A stretch of DNA of 62,341 bases from Bdellovibrionota bacterium (GCA_044345405.1 JBIJBE010000021.1:1-62341), one strand, 5' to 3'. Numbered from the stretch's first letter, positions 1 to 10,201 are shown. Notes: generated from the letters alone by a model not told the origin. Translations and numbers: made by a program.

Positions 1-127
1 TCCCCTGCCCGTCCCCTACCTTTCAAAATGAGGCGAAGCTGTTGATATCGCGGGGTGGCTGAAACTATTTCTGATATGCGCTGCGGCGCTTGGGCGGCTT
101 AGATAAGTTGGGGTGTACCAGAGGATT
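1..127. mobile_element. Partial copy (cut by the window edge) of the ~200-bp MITE/REPIN-like element
   Basis: Matches 8738-8864 essentially base for base and ends in GGGTGTACCAGAGGATT. Confidence 0.85.
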
Positions 128-208
128 CGTGACATCAACCACTTACGTTCCACTGGTGCCAGGCTACTCTGGCGGTCGCTAGAAAGTAGCCTGACACTAG
201 TGGTTAAG

Positions 209-280
209 GCGGACGGCATCAAGATGATCAAGCGTCTTGAGGATGGGCAGCAGTTCGGAAAGATCGTGCTGAAGCCGTAA
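209..280 (+). pseudogene. C-terminal fragment of a zinc-binding/quinone oxidoreductase (MDR family)
   Basis: Translates to ADGIKMIKRLEDGQQFGKIVLKP*, the typical ..GKIVL terminus; no N-terminal part between it and the upstream repeat. Confidence 0.5.
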
Positions 281-441
281 GCATGCGCCTTGATGGAGCC
301 TTTCCGGAGAGACAGGCCTGAGACTGTCCCTTTTTGCTCGTCCCTCTCGATGAGATTACTACATCGAGAGAGGCAAGCCTTAGGCCCCCCCCTAGCCGAT
401 AAGGGTTGGTTGTTAAGCCACCGGCGCGGATGGACCCCTCT

Positions 442-635
442 CTGGTACAGCCCAACTATCTCCCCTCAAACTTCAAACTAAGTAATCATACGAATTCCGC
501 TCTTGTTATGAGAACCAGGTTGGCCCAAGGAATTGTTGTCTCGCCAAGAAGAACGAGTTTGTCCACATGAAGGCTCGAAAAGGCTTGGTTTTTCGCCCTC
601 CATAAATACCGCCTCCCTGGTACAGCCCAACTATC
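442..635 (+). repeat. Two identical 19-bp direct repeats CTGGTACAGCCCAACTATC (442-460, 617-635)
   Basis: Seen directly; same motif family as the ends flanking the RAYT-like transposase. Confidence 0.8.
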
Positions 636-1025
636 GTCCACCATTTCTCTCAGAGACCGCGCGGGATTTGAAATACAGCAATAATCTACACAGTTTCGAT
701 ATCTTACCTCTATCGCCCTGGCACAAGGAGGGGCCTACAGCCTCAGCCTACATGCTTTCAAAACATCTAAAGCTCGCATTCTAATCGCGCGCGCTCCCTG
801 AGAGAAAGAGCAGGGAGCAGGAGAGGAAGACTTCCGGCGTGAGCAAGGTGCCCCTCCTTCGGCCCGTCTAATGGAGCAAAGTTCAACGGAAGATCCCGTC
901 AGTCACGACTATCGCTATGTATTTACCAAAGGGTTTCGATCCGAAAAGAAAAAAAGGGGAAAGTCATGACTGACACGAGTTCTCAGGTTCGCCTGCCTTT
1001 CCAAGGTAGTGTGCACCATTCGGGA

Positions 1026-2150
1026 CTAGGCAACGCCGGCATCGAACTCGTCCTGCGCATACACGTGTTCAACAACAGGCACGTCATCCCGAGGCGCACC
1101 AACGACATCAGCGCTCTCTGCGTTGATCGGTCGTCTCTCTGCTCCACTCGCGAGTCGCTGCCACGGCGACGATACTTTCTCTTGCTTAGGATAATACAGC
1201 TTATGCAGGTCGTTCATGCTTGGCTCTCCCGGTATGCAGGAGACCCCGATTCGTTTTTCCTCAGCGAGAAACGCGTTGGCTTCCTGAATTGCGTTACTGA
1301 TGAAGCTCCTTACATCGTGCATGACGGACTCGATCTTGTTGCACAGAGAGCTCTTTCGCGCGGCATCTAACTGTGGAGCGGCCGTAATATAGTCCTGCAG
1401 CTGGCCTTCGAGGGTAGCGATAAAGCTAGTCATATCATGCATGTCAAAGCGGGTGGTCTCCCGTATCGTTCGGGCAAGAACCGCGACTAAGTTTGAACTT
1501 ACATCGCTCAGTACTGGATAGAGCCCGTTCAACGGAGACACCATCTTCCGGAACTCAGCGGAGTAAAGAGCATCTACGACCCGGCCTACAGACCGAATGT
1601 GGCTGTTGCTGACGAGATCCAGCGGCGTGGGATTGAACGTAAACCCGACCCACCGATCAAAGTGAGCGCTGTTTACCATCTTACTCCACTCGCTTGAACC
1701 TTTTGAATCAGGTTCCACGCACACACTCCTAATCCCGGCAGCGTTGAGAACCGCGATACCTCTGAACGGCTCGCCCGAGGGCAGCTTTAGATCCTGAAGC
1801 GCCAACCGGTCCGGTGACCTGTCCCCCAGGGGCTTGAGTTCGATTCCCGCGCGCACTTGGAGAATCTCCGGAAGCGCGAGGAACGCTTTTAGGTTAGCGC
1901 CCGGCGATAGCTCCGCGGTGTACACAACCGATGCGGCTCGCGAAAACGCCGGCTGCTCTTGGCTAAGGCGGATGCCAAGCTCCGCAAGGTGTTTCTGTTG
2001 TTCCTCGTTGAGCGGGCCCGCCGTTCTAATCCAGATCGCCTGGGCCTCGCCGTGGTATATCCCTCCCCTATCGGTATTTGGAGCCGCTGACATCGCCAGG
2101 TTCGGGCATAGCTTTTTCGTAAGAAGCGGTTCGTTTGTGCTGAAACTCAT
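1026..2150 (-). CDS. Hypothetical protein (374 aa)
   Basis: Long ORF with an AGGA/GGAG-type RBS, directly downstream of the ORF ending at 2170; no confident family. Confidence 0.7.
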   Translation of the reverse strand: MSFSTNEPLLTKKLCPNLAMSAAPNTDRGGIYHGEAQAIWIRTAGPLNEEQQKHLAELGIRLSQEQPAFSRAASVVYTAELSPGANLKAFLALPEILQVRAGIELKPLGDRSPDRLALQDLKLPSGEPFRGIAVLNAAGIRSVCVEPDSKGSSEWSKMVNSAHFDRWVGFTFNPTPLDLVSNSHIRSVGRVVDALYSAEFRKMVSPLNGLYPVLSDVSSNLVAVLARTIRETTRFDMHDMTSFIATLEGQLQDYITAAPQLDAARKSSLCNKIESVMHDVRSFISNAIQEANAFLAEEKRIGVSCIPGEPSMNDLHKLYYPKQEKVSSPWQRLASGAERRPINAESADVVGAPRDDVPVVEHVYAQDEFDAGVA

Positions 2151-2169
2151 AAAGGTTCTCCGTAAACAG

Positions 2170-2994
2170 CTAGTCTTTGTTGCTCAATCCAAGTCCCTTT
2201 GCCATCTGCTCTAATCCCAGCGCGACTGCACCGAGAGACATCGCGAGGGCTACGTTGTTGAGGCTGAATAAGCTGACGCTCTCACCCAGTGAGGAGCTGA
2301 ACACCAACGCTCCGGCGATCGTAGCGGCCGCTCCACCAACGGTTTGAACGATGTGCGAAAGAGCCGAACGATTCCTTGATGCGCCACTAACTGCCGCAAT
2401 ACCGACAGCGCCGAGAGCCGCTGCGTCGACACCCAGGCGAGCTATGGTGCGTGACGAGTCAACTTTGCTCATCACCTCAACCAGTTCTGCGGACTTAGAC
2501 GGAGGGAGATCAAGCTGATTTTCACTCTTATTCAATTCGTCCATAAAGCCCAGATGTGGTTTTTGTCCGCTCATCACGGACTGGGCGCAGAATTTCTCGA
2601 AGGACTCTGTATCGAGGGTCGCAAAGGCTCTCAAAATCCCAACGCGGGCGGCGTCAGGGTAAACTTCACGGACGGTTCGAGCTACTCGCTGAGCGTCCTC
2701 AACTTTTCCTTGGAGCATGAGATCCTTCACAACCTTTTCAACAACAGAGGCCATCTCCTTTTCAACTACCTCTGGGCGGACATCCTTGAGCCCCGAACCT
2801 TCGATGATCTTGAAGGCATCCCTCGCCGTTCCGTGAATAAGAGCGTTCTCAACGTGCGAGAGGCTTGAGGCGCTCGGCGAACTAAGGTGGTCGGCTCCTT
2901 CCGCAGCGGGAAGAGCAGGCGCTTGCAACAACGAGAGCGCCAGAGCTGTGGTCGCTGCGGTGGTTGAGGGTGAGGGGCACATGGTGTTTTTCAT
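2170..2994 (-). CDS. Hypothetical membrane protein with C-terminal hydrophobic helices
   Basis: ATG at 2994 after GGAAGGAGA; N-terminal hydrophobic stretch and 2-3 C-terminal TM-like segments. Confidence 0.65.
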   Translation of the reverse strand: MKNTMCPSPSTTAATTALALSLLQAPALPAAEGADHLSSPSASSLSHVENALIHGTARDAFKIIEGSGLKDVRPEVVEKEMASVVEKVVKDLMLQGKVEDAQRVARTVREVYPDAARVGILRAFATLDTESFEKFCAQSVMSGQKPHLGFMDELNKSENQLDLPPSKSAELVEVMSKVDSSRTIARLGVDAAALGAVGIAAVSGASRNRSALSHIVQTVGGAAATIAGALVFSSSLGESVSLFSLNNVALAMSLGAVALGLEQMAKGLGLSNKD

Positions 2995-3171
2995 ATGAGG
3001 TCTCCTTCCCATCAATCCTACGAGGAGCACGGCGGTAGCCAAGGGTGGGAGGACCTCTTTGGTGTTTGTCCACTGGGAAGACCTGACTATGGACATTTGC
3101 CATCCAGCTTCCGTAGCAATCGCAGGTGAGCCAAGCTGTTGATGCGACCCTAGTTTTTGAGAGGAATACGT

Positions 3172-3984
3172 ATGTTTGCCGATAAAGCCAAAGCTCCCAC
3201 CCCCAACCTTACCCTGGCTGACTGCAGGGTTAGTCCTGAGCAACCGTATCGCGGTTCAGCTTTCGATCACCTTGGGGCTGCCGGACATGAAAAGGAGTAT
3301 CTCGGCTATCGTGAGGCACGCACGTTTGCGGGTTATGGAATCTCTCTCCTCGACTCCGATCGGACCCCCCTTCCCCTCTATCGTGATCAGGACGGAACGC
3401 TGTGGGTAGCGATCGAGGATGGGGCGTCGTTTGTGGCTGAATTACACCTGCAAGGCTGGAGTCGGCGTGGAGATAGGTGGGCAGCGGCTCTCCGCGTGAA
3501 CGATACGCAGGCGTCAACTTCTCCGAGCGAGAAGGTCGATGAGGCGTTCGTGATCGTGACTCAACCACGTCACAAGGGCGACAATATACTTACAGGCATT
3601 ACCCAACCATCGGGAGAAGTACAGCAGTTTGTAGCGCGTTCCGAGGAGCACCCACATCACTCACCTAACGGACCCGCTCGCTACGGTAGTGTAACGTGCA
3701 CCTTCTACTCTGAGTGGCATCCCCAACGCTTTATGAGCCCAAGCCTTCGAGGGCCGGTGGTGAGTGGATATAGTGTCGGTTCGAATCGTGAGGGAGTCGC
3801 TCAAGCGCAACGCGAAACGTTTACCGTAAGCAGAGATTTAAATACGAAAGTTGAGATTCGCTATGCACCACAAGCTGAGATCTCCCGGCTGGGGCTTGAA
3901 CCCGTTGAGCCTGTAAAGCCGACTGATGGTATGGATTTCCAGTGGCAGGGACTCTACATGCCTCGAAGAGCGGCCCATACGTGA
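3172..3984 (+). CDS. Conserved hypothetical beta-rich protein
   Basis: ATG after GAGAGG; pattern (LPLY..DG.LWV, YGSV.CTFY, EIRYA...LGL) resembles a widespread uncharacterised family. Confidence 0.65.
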   Translation: MFADKAKAPTPNLTLADCRVSPEQPYRGSAFDHLGAAGHEKEYLGYREARTFAGYGISLLDSDRTPLPLYRDQDGTLWVAIEDGASFVAELHLQGWSRRGDRWAAALRVNDTQASTSPSEKVDEAFVIVTQPRHKGDNILTGITQPSGEVQQFVARSEEHPHHSPNGPARYGSVTCTFYSEWHPQRFMSPSLRGPVVSGYSVGSNREGVAQAQRETFTVSRDLNTKVEIRYAPQAEISRLGLEPVEPVKPTDGMDFQWQGLYMPRRAAHT

Positions 3985-3994
3985 ACGTAGAGAA

Positions 3995-4981
3995 TCACTC
4001 AGCCCTCTCGACAGGCGCACAAAACGGATAACACGCCACCTTCATCCGTTCCTCGCGCTTGAGAATGCCCACGACCTTGAGAAGCTTGCCAAAACGTTGC
4101 GAGAGCTTCGCCGTGATAGTGTCGACGCATTCTCTTGAGGGTGCCTCTACTCCAACCTCAAAGTCCCAAGCGCCAAAGCTTTCTAGGAATACGGTAACTC
4201 TCGACTCACTTTGACAGAATTCGAACAGCTCCTTCCGCAGATCCGGATGGAGGGTGCACGCTTTCAGTGTGACGGTATAAACATCCATCCCCAACGCGGT
4301 GGCATTCGGAAGGTAGACAAATCGCTCAATCACTCCATCGGCTTTCAAGGAATTCACCCTTTCGCTCACAGAGGAGTGAGGAAGTTCTAACTGGCGAGCG
4401 AGATCCCGAATGGAGCTGTACGTGTTGGTGAGCAGCCCGGAAAGGATGACCCGATCGGTATCATCTAACTGAACCACGCCTCCCTCGGCTGTTAATGTGA
4501 GGTATTCCTGGCCTGGTCGACTTGGCGCGAGGTATTTCGGGCTAAACATGGTGAGCGCGGTCTGGATCTGAGTGGTGCTTGAGTAAAAGGAAGCTCCGTG
4601 TGCTCGACCGAGCTCCTGAAGTGCTCGTTGATATTCCAGCGGGGTCTTGCATACGAACGAAGCGCAGTAACGGAACTCATCAGAGGCGTATCGAGCGAGC
4701 CAAGAAACCTTATCGCTCGCTTGGAGTGTGGCGACGAGCGCATCCTCGTGCGCCTTTACCGGATTAAAGTAAAAGAGAAAAACCGAGTAGCCGAGTCGGA
4801 ATACGTTCACGAAGGGATAGAAGCGAATGAGCTTTCTCTCTTCAAGCTTTGCGAGAGAAGCTCGGAGCGTCGAAACACTCTTTCCGAGAGTGTCGGCGAT
4901 CTCTTTCAGCGAAACGTCTCCGTCAAGCTTTACGGCATGGATGACGGCCGCCTCGAATTCGGTAAGCTCCTTTGACTCCAC
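3995..4981 (-). CDS. Lrp/AsnC-family transcriptional regulator with tandem-duplicated HTH+RAM modules
   Basis: Two modules: LTEFEAAVI..SLKEIADTLG..LEERKLI and LDDTDRVIL..SIRDLARQLE..LKADGVI, plus GAWDF. Confidence 0.85.
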   Translation of the reverse strand: MESKELTEFEAAVIHAVKLDGDVSLKEIADTLGKSVSTLRASLAKLEERKLIRFYPFVNVFRLGYSVFLFYFNPVKAHEDALVATLQASDKVSWLARYASDEFRYCASFVCKTPLEYQRALQELGRAHGASFYSSTTQIQTALTMFSPKYLAPSRPGQEYLTLTAEGGVVQLDDTDRVILSGLLTNTYSSIRDLARQLELPHSSVSERVNSLKADGVIERFVYLPNATALGMDVYTVTLKACTLHPDLRKELFEFCQSESRVTVFLESFGAWDFEVGVEAPSRECVDTITAKLSQRFGKLLKVVGILKREERMKVACYPFCAPVERAE

Positions 4982-5258
4982 TCGCTCTCCCCAAGATATG
5001 AACTACTCGAAGTATCGAAACGATTGAGCGCGCAGTTAACAATTCGCGCCGCCATAGTCATCGGTACACGGGCACCTCTCTGCTCAAACGCATAGGAGAA
5101 ACTCGTAGCATGGGACACCTAGGTGCCGCAACGGAGAGGTTTTTTAAGCGCTTTTCCGCGCAACTATCAGGAGACGCAAGAAGACCGGCCGCAGCCGTGC
5201 TACACGGCACGCTCTCGGAAGCATATCAAATGGGGGGGGGGGCAAGGAGTGAGTTGAT

Positions 5259-7493
5259 ATGGCAGAAATTGCTGCAAGATCGTCCCCAACCGTTGTTGAC
5301 CACACATCCGACGATACCTCTCTCACGAGCGATGCTCCGGAAATCGCTACCATTCAAACTTCACCCGCCGAGTTCATCAGCGCTCTGAAGCGATTGGCGC
5401 AGGGCGAGCCTGTGGAGGCGATCCTCCCCGGCGACAAATTTCATGATTACGGGAGGTTTATAACCCACTTCGTCGAAGCCACTCCCCTTCCGGAGTTGAT
5501 GACCCCGCAAGAACGCAGTGACTACGATGCCCGGCGAGCTCTCATCCGCAACGAGTTACTGGTAGAGCTTAAGAGGGACCTCAATGACATACTACGCGCG
5601 TCTCCCCCGCCGTCGGCGTCGAAGGAGGCACACGCGAACGCGATCGTCGCAAAGCAACTGGCTACCGAACTCACCGTTGCTCTTCGCATGGACTTGGAGC
5701 CACTTTCCCGAAGGGGTGACAAAGACGTATGGAGCACACTCATTGAGGGGCTTCGCGATAGGTCACAGGAAAACCACCTCGTTTCCCGCGGACACACGAG
5801 CGAGAGTATCATCCTCGCGCTTACCGAGCTAGAGACCGCCTGTCGAGAGATGAACTCTAACAAGGAGCACATCGGTGTAAAAGCCATTGAGGGAGGTCTC
5901 CAACACTCGCCAAACGGCGGTGAGAGGATCTCCAAGCTTGGCTCCGCCTTCTTCAAGGCTGTTAGAAATGACGTACTGCACGCGCGTGAGGAGGGCCGTC
6001 CAACCCTTCCTGATGACCTCGTGAGAAACTGCGTCGATTATCTGATTACGCGAGCAAGCCCAGTTGGAGCATTAGCGGGGATTAATAGCCCCCTCTCCAT
6101 TTTAAGAGATGGGGGTGGGCTCAGTGTCGAAGAAGCAGAAAAGCGGCAGCTTAGTTTCCTCAACGAGCCACTCTACCAACGGGTATCAGAGCGTTTTGTT
6201 GAGACGCAATGGGACTCCTTGGACTTCGAAGGCCCGCATGGGTTCCTCATCTGTTCCGACCCGGTCGCGCGGTACGATCTTGAGATCAAGTTAGCAGTAG
6301 AATTTCTGCGAGAGGACGCGACTAAAGCCCTGCAAGCTGCGGGGATCACCCTAAAAAAGGGGGAGGATCCACTTGCGGTGCTGAAAACCAAGACCGCGGA
6401 GCGAATCTTTGGAGACTCTCCAACCCGCGCGGAGGGATGGCAGGAGATCATATGGATACTCCTCAAACACGAGAAGGCCTATTTCTCCGCAGACCCCAAA
6501 GCAACCGAAGAGGCGGCAAGAGCGGAGTCCCTTGACGAGCCGATAACCAAAGAAATTCGGGATATGGGCGTCAGGAGCGAGGGGCATTTTATACTCTCTC
6601 TGTGCTGTCTGTTATCAAGAACTATCGACCGCGCCCAGGCCCTACCGGGCAAAAACCCGGCGGAAGCTCTTACAAACCTTGAGAGCGATGTTGTATCCGC
6701 CCTCCAAGAGGGAGCCCCGCGTCCTACCATTCAGTTTTTCAAATACGCGCTCACCATTGAGCGACTGTTCAAGGACATCGCTGATAGGACATCTCCTACC
6801 TGGAAGGAGACGTGGAATAAAAAGGTCTCTCTTGAGCAGCACGCCAGGAACACCATATTCACCTCCGATAAGACCAAGGCGCTTTTGAACGAAATGGGGG
6901 TATCTCAGAGCGATGCCCCTAAAATAGTTGGACTCGTGTCATCCCTCTTCGACACCCTCAGAAATCGTTGGGCGCACAACACAAGAGAGTGCCCCACGAA
7001 AGCAGAGGTCGCTGAACTTTTGCACACCGCAGCTCTTCTTTCGACGCTCACCGACCTGACCGACGGCCGACTTCCACAGTACACCTCAACCCGCACCCAC
7101 TTTGAGGTCAGAGATGTGGCACTGGCGGCGTCGCTCCACTCGAGCGTGTTCGAGTGCATCTCTTCTACTATAGCGGGAACGACATCGACTCAGGAGGCGG
7201 CAGCCTCGCTCAAACGGCTTGTCTCTGAATGTGCCAAGGAGTCCCCTTCGGGTGACCCGTTATCCTCTGACGACAAATTTCGCCAAGGGGCCGTGCGGGA
7301 GCTTAGCGAGGGAATTACGGCGATATGGGAAAGTAAGATCCTACCGCCAGAGGAAACTACTGAGGGACTTATGTCGAGGGCCGCTCTTGTGAGCGCGTTA
7401 CTCCGGTGGACTAAGGAGCCTTCTCTTCATGAGCCGACCTTTCCGTTGTGGCAGGTATACGGTACAGCAGCGCCGTCACCGGGCTCGGTGTGA
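5259..7493 (+). CDS. Large helical hypothetical protein (744 aa)
   Basis: Long ORF with AAGGAG RBS, divergent from the Lrp/AsnC regulator. Confidence 0.8.
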   Translation: MAEIAARSSPTVVDHTSDDTSLTSDAPEIATIQTSPAEFISALKRLAQGEPVEAILPGDKFHDYGRFITHFVEATPLPELMTPQERSDYDARRALIRNELLVELKRDLNDILRASPPPSASKEAHANAIVAKQLATELTVALRMDLEPLSRRGDKDVWSTLIEGLRDRSQENHLVSRGHTSESIILALTELETACREMNSNKEHIGVKAIEGGLQHSPNGGERISKLGSAFFKAVRNDVLHAREEGRPTLPDDLVRNCVDYLITRASPVGALAGINSPLSILRDGGGLSVEEAEKRQLSFLNEPLYQRVSERFVETQWDSLDFEGPHGFLICSDPVARYDLEIKLAVEFLREDATKALQAAGITLKKGEDPLAVLKTKTAERIFGDSPTRAEGWQEIIWILLKHEKAYFSADPKATEEAARAESLDEPITKEIRDMGVRSEGHFILSLCCLLSRTIDRAQALPGKNPAEALTNLESDVVSALQEGAPRPTIQFFKYALTIERLFKDIADRTSPTWKETWNKKVSLEQHARNTIFTSDKTKALLNEMGVSQSDAPKIVGLVSSLFDTLRNRWAHNTRECPTKAEVAELLHTAALLSTLTDLTDGRLPQYTSTRTHFEVRDVALAASLHSSVFECISSTIAGTTSTQEAAASLKRLVSECAKESPSGDPLSSDDKFRQGAVRELSEGITAIWESKILPPEETTEGLMSRAALVSALLRWTKEPSLHEPTFPLWQVYGTAAPSPGSV

Positions 7494-7711
7494 GCAACGC
7501 AGGCATCCTCAAATCGTCCCAAAAGGATCTACCGGTGGTTGGGGGTGAGTAGGCGAGATGGCGAAATACCCTGGCGTAACAATCGGCGATCTCTCGAGGT
7601 GTAGGCGTTACCTGGGTAGGCGTGGGCGGTCCTTGTGTCGGCTTATTGTATTGAGACGATAGCATTCCTTCTCCTACGTTCTTTTGTACTTCCGTGCGTG
7701 AGCGAGTGCGC

Positions 7712-8257
7712 CTAGATGCACCTCTGGTGATACTCTAGCGAGATCCGCCTCATCCCTTTTGTAACGTGAACGAATACCGGGGCTTCGGCATCGGTGTATG
7801 ACGTTAATTGCGGGTCTTGAGACTCTCGGTAGTGTGGCGGGTATGAAAGAGGGAATTTGGTAACTGGAAAACATCCAGTCTGCTCAGGACAGGAGAAGCC
7901 GCCGTTTGTTGCGGTGTCGCGATTACACTGCTTCATTCCGAACGCTTCATTCATAACGCCGTACGCGTATGTCCCTCCAACACCTATCTCGTAACGCCCG
8001 GGCTGAAGCCGAACAGACAAAACTCCACGTCGATTAGTGTTCGCGAGTCGGACAGTAGAGCTGTACAGCGTTCTTACATAGACCTTTGCGCCGATGAGAA
8101 ACGAAGAGCGGCAGAGGACGAGAGTTCCCTGATATCCACATGTGTTACGTGGCTTTTTCATGATAACCACGGCGCCCCTGTTTGAAGACTCGGCGTAGCT
8201 CTCCGAAGAGAGCGCGATACTCGTCATGAGAATCAAGGCACTGATTACTGATTTCAT
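7712..8257 (-). CDS. Secreted Cys-containing hypothetical protein
   Basis: Signal peptide MKSVISALILMTSIALSSESYA; strong RBS; LQPGRYEI carboxypeptidase-regulatory-like strand. Confidence 0.65.
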   Translation of the reverse strand: MKSVISALILMTSIALSSESYAESSNRGAVVIMKKPRNTCGYQGTLVLCRSSFLIGAKVYVRTLYSSTVRLANTNRRGVLSVRLQPGRYEIGVGGTYAYGVMNEAFGMKQCNRDTATNGGFSCPEQTGCFPVTKFPLSYPPHYRESQDPQLTSYTDAEAPVFVHVTKGMRRISLEYHQRCI

Positions 8258-8454
8258 AATTGAAACTCCCTCTCTCCTAGAACTTTCGAGAACTGGTGTC
8301 GAAACACTAGCCCTCTACCACCCTCCAAGCCAGTTGATTGGGGTTTGCCCGAAAGATTGGTCTTGGTATGGACAAAAAACACTGGGCGTTGCGCACCCTC
8401 TCAGCGGCCGGCGTCTTGCCTGAAGCGAAACACCCTCCCTTTGCGTAACGTATC

Positions 8455-8621
8455 GGCGGCCGACACCCTCCTACGCTGCGCTACGGCGAGGTAGGCCGGC
8501 CGCCCTCCCAGGGTGCGAACTCGAAACACGGGAGCGCCGGTCAGCCTGCCTCGCCGTAGCGCAGCGAATGAAAACGTTGCTACACAACCGAGAGAGGGAA
8601 CGCGCATCGAGGTTCCCTACT
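8455..8621. repeat. REP cluster: GGAG-foot REPs with nested hairpins plus a GTAG-foot REP
   Basis: GGCGGCCG...CGGCCGCC-CTCC with a CTCCTACGCTGCGCTACGGCGAGG insert; second GGAG unit at 8531; GGGAACGCGCATCGAGGTTCCCTAC at ~8596-8620. Confidence 0.65.
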
Positions 8622-8666
8622 GGTAGTGGAGGGATGCCCCATGCTCTGGTCCAATGCTCTGGTACT

Positions 8667-8866
8667 CCAATTCTCTGGTACACCCTACTCTTCTTTCCCC
8701 ATACCCGGGCTACTTTCTCACGACCTCTCCCGAAACTTCCCCTGCCCGTCCCCTACCTTTCAAAATGAGGCGAAGCTGTTGATATCGCGGGGTGGCTGAA
8801 ACTATTTCTGATATGCGCTGCGGCGCTTGGGCGGCTTAGATAAGTTGGGGTGTACCAGAGGATTGG
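8667..8866. mobile_element. ~200-bp MITE/REPIN-like element, full copy
   Basis: Terminal inverted repeats CCAATTCTCTGGTACACCC...GGGTGTACCAGAGGATTGG; near-identical to 10444-10645. Confidence 0.85.
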
Positions 8867-8955
8867 GCATTCTTCGTTTGCGCATAGTGCCTCCTACATC
8901 GAGAGGCGTGCACAAATGTTGCATCTTTAATTCACGAAAGTTGGGCTGCACCAGA
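8866..8955 (-). pseudogene. Relic of the 5' end and upstream terminus of a RAYT-like transposase
   Basis: Aligns with 24862-24951 (encodes MRKRRMP vs MRKPRMP; same RBS hairpin; AAAGTTGGGCTGCACCAG end). Confidence 0.8.
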
Positions 8956-9030
8956 GAAGGGGGGGTCTCATAAGTTCAAAAATACTGTCCACTCCGATCC
9001 TCCGTAGCCCAGAAGGCTGATATCTAGGTG

Positions 9031-9133
9031 CTGGTGCCACTCACCTTAGGTAGGTACTGGTTGTCGCCTACTACAGATCGTAATAGTCAGCTTTAGCCAC
9101 AACCACTTATTGTAAAAGGTGGACTGGCACAAG
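9031..9133. repeat. ~100-bp element with imperfect inverted ends CTGGTGCCACTCACCTT / AAGGTGGACTGGCACAAG
   Basis: Inverted pair seen directly; variant of the CTGGTRC end motif. Confidence 0.5.
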
Positions 9134-9209
9134 ATTTAATACCACCGTTGCGTACCTACAGCTACACCTCCAGTGGTACCACACCAGATATTTTATTTAG
9201 AGAGGCACA

Positions 9210-10121
9210 TCATTGCACCTGAGCTGCTTTTTCATCAATGATTTTACGTTCGTGATCATTGAGAATCTCTCGCGTACATCCCTCTGGAGGAACACCATTT
9301 CGGAGAGGATTCTCACACAGTAATGCGTTTGAAGGATCGTTAGCAAGAAATGTTTCAGAGGATGACCGGTAGTACGTTAAATCATCATCTTTGATTTGTT
9401 TTCGTTCTTCAGTTGCGAACTCTCGTACCTGCAACGTTCCTTTATAGTTGGCCCAAATAGAATGTTTTATCTCAGTCCTACAGTTCATAGTTATGTACTT
9501 TGAGCCAGGCTCGTAGTGTTCTCGACTTTGAGGGCCAACCGGAGAGCATTTTTTGGATATCTTTTTTTCATAGAGATCTTGTGACACGCCCATGAAGCTA
9601 AAAATATGATTGTCTTCTCGATAACCACTCAAATAGCTGTAATGATAAAGACCATCCTTCGATTTTAGAGTTTCTACGGTGGTCGTAAACTCTTGGTACT
9701 CTTGAGGGACGAGAAACCACCAGTTTTTTAGGCTAGGAACTACTGCTGATTGATTAAATTCTATGCAGGCAGCTCTACGAGTTCGCTTCTTGGTAAATAG
9801 AACCTTTTGTTGTCGGGTAGCCTCTAATTCGCCTACACCAACGCCATTACTCCACGTGGTAGCCGATAGTTGGCGTGCTCGAAAATCGCAATCTTCCTTA
9901 CGTCTATACATTGCATCAGCAAGGTTGGACCCTAAAGTAACCGGTTGGCGTCCTGTATACGCAGGTGAAGATGACCGAATCGGTGCGGTCTCTGATATAG
10001 CTGAAGAACTATCGAGAAAACTTATGATAGTCACTAAGAATCGTAGTGAGGAGTTGGCTATTTTGAGAGCTCCACGGTTTACATTACTAGTAGTTGTCAC
10101 ACTGCTCGATAGTGTCGACAC
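9210..10121 (-). CDS. AT-rich hypothetical protein (start uncertain, possibly 5'-disrupted)
   Basis: 303-aa ORF, visibly more AT-rich than the core genes, lying between two mini-elements. Confidence 0.6.
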   Translation of the reverse strand: MSTLSSSVTTTSNVNRGALKIANSSLRFLVTIISFLDSSSAISETAPIRSSSPAYTGRQPVTLGSNLADAMYRRKEDCDFRARQLSATTWSNGVGVGELEATRQQKVLFTKKRTRRAACIEFNQSAVVPSLKNWWFLVPQEYQEFTTTVETLKSKDGLYHYSYLSGYREDNHIFSFMGVSQDLYEKKISKKCSPVGPQSREHYEPGSKYITMNCRTEIKHSIWANYKGTLQVREFATEERKQIKDDDLTYYRSSSETFLANDPSNALLCENPLRNGVPPEGCTREILNDHERKIIDEKAAQVQ

Positions 10122-10201
10122 TTCGACAAGTCTTCTTTAGTGGAATTTCTTAACTTCTGGCTTGATAGCCTGCTCCCCACGGCATTTTCCTCCAGCAGCA
10201 T

